From the IMG/VR virus record IMGVR_UViG_3300032007_000048, positions 64,001 through 107,887 of that record: a DNA stretch of 43,887 nt. The stretch is one strand, 5' to 3'. The notes beneath the pieces are model-generated. The model was not told the origin of the DNA. It ran no database searches and worked only from the letters and a program-made list of their open reading frames with translations. Made by a program: the position numbers and the translations under genes. Below are positions 1 through 9,882 of this stretch, piece after piece (position 1 is the stretch's first letter; each line of letters opens with the position of its first letter). This stretch comes from a virus. Taxonomy: Duplodnaviria; Heunggongvirae; Uroviricota; Caudoviricetes.

Positions 1-3000
1 ATAGCGTTGTCAGCGAATCCAATCTTCATGTTGTCACCACTTTCAGTAATCTTGATTTGTTTGTCAGTTCCAATGAACATTGCCTTGACCGATGATAAGA
101 TTGTTGTTGACAAATTGTTAAGCAGTTGGTTAACCTCATCTTTGGTATAATAACCATCCTTTGTCACACCACTCAAATCAAGAAGTCTGTCATTAAGGTC
201 ATTAAATGCCTCAGCAATAACTTTCTCATCAATCTCATAGGCTTCTTTGGTAATATAGTTCTCAATAACAGAACCACTTAACTCATCAATCTTGTCATTA
301 AGGTCTTCCAAACCATCCTCAGTTGCGGCACTTAACTGTCTTAATTCTTCCCTAAGACCATCAAGACCACTTGTGTCACCACTTACTGTGTCAATTCTGT
401 CATTAATATCGTTAAGTGCTTGGGCTATCACATATTCTTTCTCATTGAACACTTCTTGAGTTAAGAACTTGTCATCAGCCTCAGTCTTGTTATAGTAATT
501 GCTTGGGTCAAATATACTGGTTAAAGGAATATAAATGTCCTCTTTTTGACCTTCAACACCCTCATTGAAAGTGATAATCAAGCAAGTCTCTCCTGAATGT
601 GTTCCACCTGAGGCGGTATCAACTGTCACACTGTCAACCATTCCGTCCTTGATGAAATCAGTGGCATCAATAGTGTCAATAACCTCACCTAACTTGTTGT
701 AGAAACAAATTGTCTTGGCACTTTCAACATACTCAGCATCACCAAACAGATTTTGGTTAATATTATTAATAATGTTTTGGTCAGCCTCTTTCCTTTCGGT
801 TGTTTCAGCACTTAACGCTTCCCACAACATTGTGTCACCACTTTGTCTATCAATGATTTCCTGAGCAAGTTTATCATCAAGTTCCTCATCAGCAGCAATC
901 CTTTCAACAGTCTCAGCACTTAAAGCAGCCCATAATTCGTCATCAGCGGCAGTCCTGTCAATAATTTCTTGAGTTAACGCACTTTCAATCTCATTTTCCC
1001 TTGCGATTGCCCTATCAATCTCATTTTGTAAATCATCCTGCATTGAGTCAAGATAATCGGCAAGGTTCTCATCACCATGACGCATGTCAGAGGTTTTGTT
1101 GGAAACATAATATCTGATGTCACCATCAACACCACTTTGGGGGTGATAGTATCTGAGAAGATTGTTATTGTCAGCGTCTTCTTGTGTCCCAATGGGTGTG
1201 TGTGTTAAAGGGTCACTGAAAGTTGTGTTAATAATATTTCTAATTGAACCTGGTTTAAGATAACTACCGTCAAGTTGTGCAATCTTATCTTCAACTCTAC
1301 CACTTAAAATCGCAACACTTTCATTTGTTGCTAAACCACCTTGGCCAACCCTTGCATCAAACACATTGTTTTCAAGTGTAAGATATGTACCTGCGGTATA
1401 AACAGGAATTAAGTCACTTAATGGTATAATGATAGGCTCTTTACCTGAATCTGTATTGAAAATTAAAACAAGATTGTTATTCTCAAGATATGCTCTGTCA
1501 AGCATTCCATCCTTAACAAATTTATTAGCATTAACTTTACTAAGTTCAATATCATCTTTACCTCTAAGAACAATATACTCAACATCATCCTCTTTAACAA
1601 TAGCAACAGATAAGTTCGCCTTTAAACCGTTAACGTCCTGAGTTAAAACATTATCAGCAGCACTGATTTTTAAAGTGACTTTTGTAACATCATCTGCAAC
1701 TGTAACATCAATAGCGTTTTCACCAACAACAATGTTATCTTCAATCTCATCAATTCTATCAGATAATGCGGCATTTGCAGCCTGTCTATCAGCAATTTCC
1801 TGAGTTAATGCACTTTCAATCTCATTTTCTTTTGCAGTTGCTCTGTTAATTTCGTTACTTACAACATTGGTTAAAATCGCATCAGCCTCTTCTCTTTCAG
1901 AAGTCTCAGTTGCTAAATTAGTGACAATTTCGTTTTCTTTATTTGTTGCTCTTTCAATCTCACTTGTTGTAGCAGCACTTAATTCGGTAATTTTATTTTC
2001 CAAATCAGAAGTTGAAGTTTCTAATTCAGATATTTTGTTGTTTGTTTCTGAAATAAATGATTCAGTACTTGCGCTTAAATTGTCAACCTTATCCTCAACA
2101 GTCTTTAATGCGCTGTCAAGTATAACATCAGCACTGTCAAGAGAAGTTGCAATTTTGATATAGTTTGCTAAATCATCAGGGTCAACATTATGTGGTTTAT
2201 AACTACCATCTTCTGCTAAACCGGCACCTACTTGAGTTGCATCAAGTTCGTCTTGTAAATTATTTTCTTTTTCAGTTGCTCTATTGGTTTCTTCCTCAAC
2301 AGCATTGTCAATGGTATTTTGAACACCATCTAATTTAACACCATTAGGTGAAACTGATAAGAAATCCTCACTTGTCTCATCAATTTTAACTGAAACAATA
2401 TGATTGTCAACCTTTAAACCATCCGCAAATTCACTTTCCTCAAGGAATGATTCAACATTGATTGCAACTAATTCATATAAACCGGTATTCTTTTGATAAA
2501 TAAAACAAAGTGCAGCTTCACCTGTTCCGTCAATAATATTGGGCCTTGTATAATCCTCAAGTCTATCATCAACATGTCCAAGGTATGCTCTATATAACGA
2601 ACTGTCTTTATAAATTTTAACAACTTCGTCACCTAATTTATGACCCTCACCATCAACCAACTCATATTGTTCTTTAACATTAGTTTCCAAACCTGTGGTA
2701 ACTTTGTTGAAATGTAAACCTTCAACACTTGTTATAAAATCGGTTAAAGAATGGTCATGATGAATTAACTGTCCTTCATGGCCATCAGCAATGCGTACAT
2801 TATCAGAAGTTAAATTAAATTTCAAGACATTGTTTTCAGGTTCGGCAACTATTGACTTACCTGTATCACCTTCCCATTGTCCATCATTATTTATTTCAAT
2901 ACTTTTAACAACAACAGAATCAAGTTCTTCAAGTGCCTCCTGTGTTTCAGTAACAGCACTTTCCAATTCATTGATTTTATCTTGGATACCTTCAATATCA

Positions 3001-3320
3001 GCAATAGCATCCTCAATTTCCTGTTTTAATTCATCAGTAATTGCAGATAAGGATTGAATGTCTTCCTCATATTTGGCACTGTCAATAACGTGATACTCTG
3101 ATAAAACGCCATCACCTGTTTCGCCTGACATACCAATAGCCAAAAGAGCATGCTCCTTATCATTATCCATATATTTAACAACAAGGGGTTCGCCAATAAG
3201 TGACTCGACAAATGATTCGGAAAGTCTTTTTTCTTCATTAACTAAATCCGAAAGATAAGCCTTAGCGTCTTCCCTGGTGTTAAACGCAATACTTTTATGT
3301 CTAAACTGTAATCTTGCCAT
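1..3320 (-). CDS. Large acidic coiled-coil virion/tail-associated protein, partial (runs off the left window edge, >1100 aa)
   Basis: ATG at 3320 (MARLQFRHKSIAFNTRED...). Absent from the ORF track, consistent with no stop inside the window; frame checked open at 3-62 and 2163-2220. Contains ELWAALSAETVERIAADEEL-type segments like the upstream gene. Confidence 0.8.
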   Translation of the reverse strand, partial: MARLQFRHKSIAFNTREDAKAYLSDLVNEEKRLSESFVESLIGEPLVVKYMDNDKEHALLAIGMSGETGDGVLSEYHVIDSAKYEEDIQSLSAITDELKQEIEDAIADIEGIQDKINELESAVTETQEALEELDSVVVKSIEINNDGQWEGDTGKSIVAEPENNVLKFNLTSDNVRIADGHEGQLIHHDHSLTDFITSVEGLHFNKVTTGLETNVKEQYELVDGEGHKLGDEVVKIYKDSSLYRAYLGHVDDRLEDYTRPNIIDGTGEAALCFIYQKNTGLYELVAINVESFLEESEFADGLKVDNHIVSVKIDETSEDFLSVSPNGVKLDGVQNTIDNAVEEETNRATEKENNLQDELDATQVGAGLAEDGSYKPHNVDPDDLANYIKIATSLDSADVILDSALKTVEDKVDNLSASTESFISETNNKISELETSTSDLENKITELSAATTSEIERATNKENEIVTNLATETSEREEADAILTNVVSNEINRATAKENEIESALTQEIADRQAANAALSDRIDEIEDNIVVGENAIDVTVADDVTKVTLKISAADNVLTQDVNGLKANLSVAIVKEDDVEYIVLRGKDDIELSKVNANKFVKDGMLDRAYLENNNLVLIFNTDSGKEPIIIPLSDLIPVYTAGTYLTLENNVFDARVGQGGLATNESVAILSGRVEDKIAQLDGSYLKPGSIRNIINTTFSDPLTHTPIGTQEDADNNNLLRYYHPQSGVDGDIRYYVSNKTSDMRHGDENLADYLDSMQDDLQNEIDRAIARENEIESALTQEIIDRTAADDELWAALSAETVERIAADEELDDKLAQEIIDRQSGDTMLWEALSAETTERKEADQNIINNINQNLFGDAEYVESAKTICFYNKLGEVIDTIDATDFIKDGMVDSVTVDTASGGTHSGETCLIITFNEGVEGQKEDIYIPLTSIFDPSNYYNKTEADDKFLTQEVFNEKEYVIAQALNDINDRIDTVSGDTSGLDGLREELRQLSAATEDGLEDLNDKIDELSGSVIENYITKEAYEIDEKVIAEAFNDLNDRLLDLSGVTKDGYYTKDEVNQLLNNLSTTILSSVKAMFIGTDKQIKITESGDNMKIGFADNA

Positions 3321-3347
3321 ATTATTTATGTATTTTATATTTTAATA

Positions 3348-5543
3348 TTATTCAGGTAATTCTCCAAAATTGGCATCAAGTGTTATAGGAATTATGTTAC
3401 CGTTTTCTCTTAACAAAGTAAGTGCAGGTTCATTAGCAACATTTGCTGAAATTGTATATGGTTCATCAGCAATTGATTTTCCATCAACCTCATCAATTTT
3501 CTCATCAAGTGCTTGTTCAGCCGCAGTAGCCCTGTCAATTTCCTCAAACAAAGCGTTTTCAATAGCGTCTTCCCTTTCTTTAGCCCTTGCTTCCTCAGCG
3601 TCAATATTGTCCTGAAGTTCCTCATCGGCTGCGATTCTCTCAGCGGTCTCAGCACTTAGTCCGTCCCATAGTTCCTCATCAGCGGCAATCCTATCAGCGA
3701 TTTCTTGGGTCAAAGCACTTTCAATCTCATTTTCTCTTTCAGTTGCCCTCTCAGTCTCAGCGTCAATATTGTCCTGAAGTTCCTCATCGGCTGCGATTCT
3801 CTCAGCGGTCTCAGCACTTAACGCATTCCATAATTCTTCTTCCGCTTCTTGTGCCCTCTCAGTCTCAGCCTCAATCATTTCCTGTAACATAGTGTCACCA
3901 CTGATTCTTGCGGCTTCCTCAGCGTCAATATTGTCCTGAAGTTCCTCATCGGCTGCGATTCTCTCAGCGGTCTCAGCACTCAACGCATCCCATAATTCCT
4001 CAATAGCCTCATCAAACTCTTTTCTTAGTGCCTCAGAAGTGTCCATTAATATCTGTGTTCCATCCTCTTCCTCATATACTCTCCATTCATGGTATCTGTC
4101 ATCAGTGGTTTCAGGGTCGTTGTCATAATCAACAATAACAATAGAGTCACCAGGAACCATTTGTTTCTTAATCCACTCTGAACCGTCCCATTCGTTGACG
4201 AAAAAAATACCTTTAGTTGTGACAGCATCCTCAAGGTTTTCCCAATCAGGTGAGATTACACCACCAACCTCATTGAAACCAATGTTGATTGATGTCCAAA
4301 CCTGTGCGTAATCTTTTTCCTCATCAGTAATAAGGACACAAGGAACAGTATGACCCATGATGCTTTCATACTCTTTGAATTCCATGTCCTCATAGGTGTA
4401 GTCCTTAACAAGCCTTAATGAAAGTCTTGAACTTGGTTTTGAACCTTCCTGAAGAACTTTTCTTGTGTCAAATGAGAATGTTCTTGTATAATAGTTTTTC
4501 TGTAATTTGGTTTTTGCCGCAGTTGCGGTTGGTGTGTCAGTCCAGAAAGATGCGACCTGACCAACACCCTCAATATCGGAGTCCTCATCACCAATGATTG
4601 GTCCTCTTGAACCCTCACCATATCCACAAGGGACTATGTGTATGGTTGACACGGAACTACCTGCGTCATCAGGCAAATTGTCCTCACCACCGACAGGTTT
4701 GCCATCCTCAGTCTCTTCACTTTTTTCCCATGAGGAGATTGACTTGGCTCTTGCACCTGCGTCTTTACCTGTCCAAATATTAATGTCATCAATGTCATGG
4801 CAAACAATATCATCACACTCATCTGAGCAATAGTCAGGACATTCGGCTGCGATAAGCATGTTATCCCAGTCTTCCTTGGTCGGAACCCTCCAATCCAATC
4901 CTTGTTCAGCAAGCAAACATTTAAGTTGCTCAATTTCCTCATAAGTGTACAACCTACCAAACTTGGTAAACAACTCTTTGGTGACAATTCTTGTGCCTTT
5001 TGAATAAACACCCTCAGGTATGACATTTTCCTTGTCAGTCAAATCAATGAAGTATTTGGCAGGTGCGTATGTACCTGTCCTCTCAACCTCTGAAAGTCTT
5101 AAAGGATTGATTACCCTACCGTCACCGTTAATAGTACCATCAGTGGCAACCTTAACTGATTTACCAAGAATTTTCTTGATTTTGTCCTCAATATCTTTCT
5201 CAACAAGAAAACCGTCAACACTTTGTGTTGTGCCATCCTCAAAAGTGACAGTCAATATACCGTTTTCCTTGTCATACTCAAGAGTAAATTTTTCATCAGG
5301 AATAATGGTTTTAAGTTGCTCACCATTAAGTCTGGTTAAAATCAATTCCTTTGTGTCTTTGTTAAAATCAACTTTCTTGATGTCCATACCCCTAAGGAAA
5401 TAGAAGTTAGCGTCAATCTCACTACTGAGAAGACTACAGTTCTTGGTTCTATCACCTTTATAATCAGATACTAATTTGAAATATGTTACACCGTTTATCT
5501 CACAAAGAATATCGTTCTTCTTATTTATTAATGTATTTGCCAT
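3348..5543 (-). CDS. FISUMP (Fib_succ_major)-like domain protein with C-terminal coiled-coil repeats; probable virion fibre/adhesin
   Basis: Motifs GRLYTYEE, WRVPTKEDW, FWTDT, SLRLVKD resemble the FISUMP domain. Start moved from 5594 to ATG 5543 (MANTLINKK), downstream of a CTATTTAT motif. Confidence 0.7.
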   Translation of the reverse strand: MANTLINKKNDILCEINGVTYFKLVSDYKGDRTKNCSLLSSEIDANFYFLRGMDIKKVDFNKDTKELILTRLNGEQLKTIIPDEKFTLEYDKENGILTVTFEDGTTQSVDGFLVEKDIEDKIKKILGKSVKVATDGTINGDGRVINPLRLSEVERTGTYAPAKYFIDLTDKENVIPEGVYSKGTRIVTKELFTKFGRLYTYEEIEQLKCLLAEQGLDWRVPTKEDWDNMLIAAECPDYCSDECDDIVCHDIDDINIWTGKDAGARAKSISSWEKSEETEDGKPVGGEDNLPDDAGSSVSTIHIVPCGYGEGSRGPIIGDEDSDIEGVGQVASFWTDTPTATAAKTKLQKNYYTRTFSFDTRKVLQEGSKPSSRLSLRLVKDYTYEDMEFKEYESIMGHTVPCVLITDEEKDYAQVWTSINIGFNEVGGVISPDWENLEDAVTTKGIFFVNEWDGSEWIKKQMVPGDSIVIVDYDNDPETTDDRYHEWRVYEEEDGTQILMDTSEALRKEFDEAIEELWDALSAETAERIAADEELQDNIDAEEAARISGDTMLQEMIEAETERAQEAEEELWNALSAETAERIAADEELQDNIDAETERATERENEIESALTQEIADRIAADEELWDGLSAETAERIAADEELQDNIDAEEARAKEREDAIENALFEEIDRATAAEQALDEKIDEVDGKSIADEPYTISANVANEPALTLLRENGNIIPITLDANFGELPE
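3594..3980 (-). repeat. Three identical 63-nt copies at a 162-nt (54-codon) period
   Basis: ctcagcgtcaatattgtcctgaagttcctcatcggctgcgattctctcagcggtctcagcact starts at 3594, 3756 and 3918; encodes SAETAERIAADEELQDNIDAE. Confidence 0.9.
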
Positions 5544-5758
5544 ATTCTTAAATGTATATAATTTATTTTCTTTATAAATAGTGTGTAATTTCAATAAATT
5601 AACATTTTAGACCACAAAAAAAGAAAAAGATTATGTAACCTTTTGATAATATGACAATATTTCGAAAAATATGGGGCTTTTTTATGTAAGGTATAGTGAT
5701 TTTACTTGTTGTTGTGATATTTATTGGTATAATAATAAATAAAATTATTAGATTAATC

Positions 5759-6763
5759 ATGGGTCAATTCGTACATAAATTCAATACAATCGCCGAATAT
5801 AACACCGCAAGAAAAGAAAAATATAAGCGACCTTGGACTTCATATGTGATTGAAAATAAAGAGGTGAAGTTTAATAAAACCGAGGAAGAAAAAGAAAGGG
5901 AGAGAAAACTTCAAACACCTTTGACATTTGAAATAACGGATGGTGGTGATATTTATTGGAAAGCATATAGTACTGCTTTAACTAAAACCATTGAATATAA
6001 TTTAAATGAAAGCGGATGGACATCTATTACAAGTAATAACGGCTCATCAGTACCAAGTATATCAGTTGTGTCAGGTGACATTATTCAATTCCGTGGAAAT
6101 AACACCACATATGGTACTGACACTTATTATAGTACATTCAGTGGTAGTACGGCACAATTTAAGGTCAAAGGAAATATAATGTCCTTGACTAACTCAACCA
6201 ATTTCAGTACACTAACCACATTATCAAACATTTACACATTTCGTAGTTTGTTTTACAACTGTACAGGTTTAACTGATGCAAGTGAATTACTGTTACCTGC
6301 AACAACATTAGCAAATAATTGTTATGTTAGCATGTTCTATGGTTGTACAAGCCTTACTACTGCGCCTGAGTTACCTGCAACCACATTAGCAAGAACTTGT
6401 TATGGCAGTATGTTCGAAGGTTGTACAAGCCTTACTACCGCACCTGAGTTACCTGCAACTACATTAACAGAAGGTTGTTATTATATGATGTTCGAAGGTT
6501 GTACAAATCTTATCCAAGCACCTGAATTACCTGCCACTACATTAACAAAAGATTGTTATGTTAGCATGTTCTATGGTTGTAGGAAACTTAATTATATAAA
6601 ATGTCTTGCCACTGATATATCAGTAAGTGCTTGTACATTCTATTGGGTAAGTGGTGTGGCATCAACAGGTACATTTGTCAAGGCGGCATCTATAACATCT
6701 TGGCCAACAGGTACACATGGTATTCCAGAAGGTTGGACAGTACAAGACGCTCAAGATATTTAA
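5759..6763 (+). CDS. BspA-type leucine-rich repeat protein
   Basis: Four 26-aa repeats LPATTL..CY..MF.GC..L..APE. Start moved from GTG 5696 to ATG 5759 (MGQFVHKF). Confidence 0.8.
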   Translation: MGQFVHKFNTIAEYNTARKEKYKRPWTSYVIENKEVKFNKTEEEKERERKLQTPLTFEITDGGDIYWKAYSTALTKTIEYNLNESGWTSITSNNGSSVPSISVVSGDIIQFRGNNTTYGTDTYYSTFSGSTAQFKVKGNIMSLTNSTNFSTLTTLSNIYTFRSLFYNCTGLTDASELLLPATTLANNCYVSMFYGCTSLTTAPELPATTLARTCYGSMFEGCTSLTTAPELPATTLTEGCYYMMFEGCTNLIQAPELPATTLTKDCYVSMFYGCRKLNYIKCLATDISVSACTFYWVSGVASTGTFVKAASITSWPTGTHGIPEGWTVQDAQDI

Positions 6764-6784
6764 AAGGTAAATAGTGAATACAAT

Positions 6785-6819
6785 AAAAAAGAGAGGTAAG
6801 TATTTACCTCTCTTTTTTT
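6785..6819. terminator. Bidirectional intrinsic terminator
   Basis: A6-GAGAGGTAA-gtat-TTACCTCTC-T-run between convergent genes. Confidence 0.85.
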
Positions 6820-8845
6820 AACATAAGAAATCGTTGTTTATTATACTGAAATTAACAAAACCGTTATATATTCTAAAATCCTTTATGTCACCAATAAATG
6901 TGCCGCAGAAAGACTTTTCTATTGGAAATATATAATTTGAAGTCCAATAATAATCAGGTAAGATTGTTTCAAGTAATCCTTGTGTACCACCACCAAGTGA
7001 GATACTGAATGGAACAGCCTCTTGTTTCTGATAGTCATCATTTAGTTCCCTGAAATTAAATTCATTCAGTTCCTTACTGATGAATTTAAGAAATCCGTTT
7101 ACATAAAAGTATAATCTCATTTTTCTTTTTCCCTTGTATCTGTCGCATTTTTCAGATGATGGGTTTATTATGACAATTCTAATATAAACAGTGTTCCACT
7201 CATCAGGTTTAATTATTCCGTCTTTTGAATACTCCTCTTCAACGGTATAATGTTGGTCATTATCAGCGTCACAGTCCAAAACACCATATCTATAACCAAT
7301 AGCACCGTTTTCGGTTATTCTTAAACCGAATGTATTGTTTTTAATGTCCTTATAAATGTTATATGGTATGGCGTTTTCTTCCTGATATTTATAAATGTCA
7401 TGTACTGTGTAACCGGTTGAGGTTCTGTTCATAATAGGAAAATAATTTATATTACTCCAATCTTGTCTACCTGTCAATGTCACTTTGGTGTTCTCAATCC
7501 AATTTTTTGTCGTGAAACCTTCAGGTGTCCTGTCGAACATGAGGAACTTGTTATCTGACTCTATTTGATAGTAGCCCTTTTTGGTAATCAGGTGTCCAAA
7601 AGTGTCAGCGATTTTTTTCTCATCAATATCAGCGTCATCAGCGAAATACCCCTCTTCAATTGACTTGTCACTGTCAGGGCAAATATCCTTGTGTGAGTAC
7701 TCATCTCCGAAATAATCCGCACAGTCAGGTTTTTCAGGCTTAGGTTGTGGTTTAGGACAAGAGTCACAACAGTGTGAGTCTTCCTCATATTTGTAATCAT
7801 ATAGACTTGACACATGCCAATCATAATCAGGTATGCTTGTTATATGACATTCACATCCGTCATATGGGTATGGTTTATATTTTGGTTTCGGTTTAGGCTG
7901 TGGTTTGGGTTCCTCTTTCTCTTCCCAACAGAAATCCATGCTGTCCATGTCAATATAATTGTCATCGAAATAAGAAATAGGATTTCTTCTCTCACACTCA
8001 ACACTACCGTCATTATAATAGTCCATATGTACAGGTCGCTCATCTTCTGTCAAATCAGTAAGATAATCCTTAACATGAACGATTTTGTTTTGTAAGTCAA
8101 CCGTATCACCACTTTCGTCACAAGTATATGGGGCAAAATAACCGTCAGTCATGACACTTTCCCTTTTAAGGGTCTCTGTGACCGCACTGTCCATTTTGTA
8201 CAAATTAGAGAATTTGTTTTCGGCTCTTGTACCCATATAGAAAAACAAACCGTTATTCTCAGGATGTATATGATTAACGGTTCTCACACCGATTTCATAA
8301 TCAGTTCTTGGTCTTAACTTGAAATAAAGACCCCATTCGGTATCAGGACCATTTGGAAGTGTTTGATATTTAAAACCGTGAAGTTTGTAAAATCCTTGAT
8401 AAAAACCGCCTTGGAAACTAATATATTTCTCATCATCATTATAGTACATGGGATATTCAAAATCCAATGTATTACCGGTTACCGGTGACAAGAAAAACCT
8501 TGTGTCACCCTCAGGTATGTCATATGTGCTTCCTGTTAATATATTAAGAAAGTCTTGGTTCGAAATTCTGTCTTTCCTAAAATGGATAAGGCCGTTGTCA
8601 ATACCGGTGAAACCAATGTCTTCCATCAGCACACCTTCGTTAACGGCATCTTGCCATTTAACTGTTGAGTAAAGAATACCATCTTCTATGTTCAATGATG
8701 AAAAATCGGCAAGTAATTGGTTATCCACATTAAAACACCCATAAGCCTCACCCCTGTAAAGCATATAGTCCCAATATTCGTCCCTATATATTTTACAGTC
8801 AAGACTTCTTGTGCTGTTATTTTTTATATTTTGATATGTTAACAT
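6818..8845 (-). CDS. Hypothetical protein, probable virion structural protein
   Basis: 675-codon ORF, likely ATG 8845, preceded by CTATTTAT; internal Pro/Lys/Cys-rich linker. Confidence 0.6.
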   Translation of the reverse strand: MLTYQNIKNNSTRSLDCKIYRDEYWDYMLYRGEAYGCFNVDNQLLADFSSLNIEDGILYSTVKWQDAVNEGVLMEDIGFTGIDNGLIHFRKDRISNQDFLNILTGSTYDIPEGDTRFFLSPVTGNTLDFEYPMYYNDDEKYISFQGGFYQGFYKLHGFKYQTLPNGPDTEWGLYFKLRPRTDYEIGVRTVNHIHPENNGLFFYMGTRAENKFSNLYKMDSAVTETLKRESVMTDGYFAPYTCDESGDTVDLQNKIVHVKDYLTDLTEDERPVHMDYYNDGSVECERRNPISYFDDNYIDMDSMDFCWEEKEEPKPQPKPKPKYKPYPYDGCECHITSIPDYDWHVSSLYDYKYEEDSHCCDSCPKPQPKPEKPDCADYFGDEYSHKDICPDSDKSIEEGYFADDADIDEKKIADTFGHLITKKGYYQIESDNKFLMFDRTPEGFTTKNWIENTKVTLTGRQDWSNINYFPIMNRTSTGYTVHDIYKYQEENAIPYNIYKDIKNNTFGLRITENGAIGYRYGVLDCDADNDQHYTVEEEYSKDGIIKPDEWNTVYIRIVIINPSSEKCDRYKGKRKMRLYFYVNGFLKFISKELNEFNFRELNDDYQKQEAVPFSISLGGGTQGLLETILPDYYWTSNYIFPIEKSFCGTFIGDIKDFRIYNGFVNFSIINNDFLC

Positions 8846-8891
8846 TACAATATAGTTTATCACCTATAAATAGTCTTTTTTTCTTGTTTTG

Positions 8892-8923
8892 TTTGTTTTT
8901 GTTGTCTTAATTTTGTATTTTTG
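8892..8923 (+). promoter_or_regulatory. Bacteroidota sigma-A-type promoter
   Basis: TTTG (8892) N20 TATTTTTG (8916-8923) upstream of 8940. Confidence 0.6.
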
Positions 8924-8939
8924 TTAAAAATAAAATTTC

Positions 8940-9878
8940 ATGGAAAAAATGTTCATAGAAACAATTACAAACACCACAAAAGAGTTCAATAAAATAGTTG
9001 AGAAAAAACGACTTTTTGAACAAAGGGAAAAAATATGTCAAAAACTTTTAGATGAGTCCTATGGTTCGTTTAAAGGGCAATACCAATCAGTTAAAAACAT
9101 AACTAATGAAATAATAAGAAAATATAACAACTACGAATATATTAGTGATGGGAAAAAAGTTATAATAAAAGCGAGTGGTAATGTTATTGGTGTTGGTAAT
9201 ATAAATTTGTTTGTATATTGGAGTTTATTTGATGGTGATACTGATATTGTTAGTGGGGAGAGTACTGTTGATGATAACAATACTTTAACAGTGACTTTAA
9301 ATGTTAAGAAAGGGAAAACGCCATATTATAACATATCTTCAACAATGGCGCATGAAATAATGCATTGTTTTCAAATAAAATTACCTAAAGTTAAAGATGT
9401 TAATGTTAATTCAATGATATTATACAAATATTTACCATCGTTTTTTAGTGTTGCCCCATTGTTCAGTTATTATTTTTTCTATGGAATGTATATTACATTT
9501 TTTATCGAAAGGACTGCCAATATATCTTCTGTATCAAATTTTATGGAAGAGTATTTCAAAAATAGAGATAAAAACAAAATTACAACTTTAGAATATCAAA
9601 ATGCTATTGAAAAATGTGACAAATATCAAATATATGAAGAAGTGCTGAGAAATTTAAAAAATATACCAATTGAACTAAAAGATATTGAGTACATAAACAA
9701 ATGTTTGACAGGAACATTTAAAAACATGTACGATAATAATAAAAATATTATTCTTTTCAATCCACAGACATTTAATGTTGAGGTTTACATTTCCAAGAAA
9801 AAAGAGGAAATCATAAAACTTTGTCAAGAGACAATTGAAAAAATGCACAAGAACATAATAAATTTTATTGAAAACTAA
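8940..9878 (+). CDS. HExxH-motif hypothetical protein, paralog 1
   Basis: STMAHEIMHCFQ; long blocks shared with the next ORF. Confidence 0.75.
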   Translation: MEKMFIETITNTTKEFNKIVEKKRLFEQREKICQKLLDESYGSFKGQYQSVKNITNEIIRKYNNYEYISDGKKVIIKASGNVIGVGNINLFVYWSLFDGDTDIVSGESTVDDNNTLTVTLNVKKGKTPYYNISSTMAHEIMHCFQIKLPKVKDVNVNSMILYKYLPSFFSVAPLFSYYFFYGMYITFFIERTANISSVSNFMEEYFKNRDKNKITTLEYQNAIEKCDKYQIYEEVLRNLKNIPIELKDIEYINKCLTGTFKNMYDNNKNIILFNPQTFNVEVYISKKKEEIIKLCQETIEKMHKNIINFIEN

Positions 9879-9882
9879 TAAA

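Noticed and set aside
3594-3980. CRISPR array
   Set aside because: Repeats are in-frame coding repeats; intervening 99-nt segments are related coding sequence; no cas genes.
974-5403. Short + strand and alternate-frame ORFs over the large minus-strand genes
   Set aside because: Shadow frames of long acidic ORFs (Ser/Leu-rich translations). The same applies to most short antisense ORFs elsewhere in the track.
3348-6763. Diversity-generating retroelement acting on the FISUMP or LRR protein
   Set aside because: No reverse transcriptase and no template copy differing only at adenines seen in this window.
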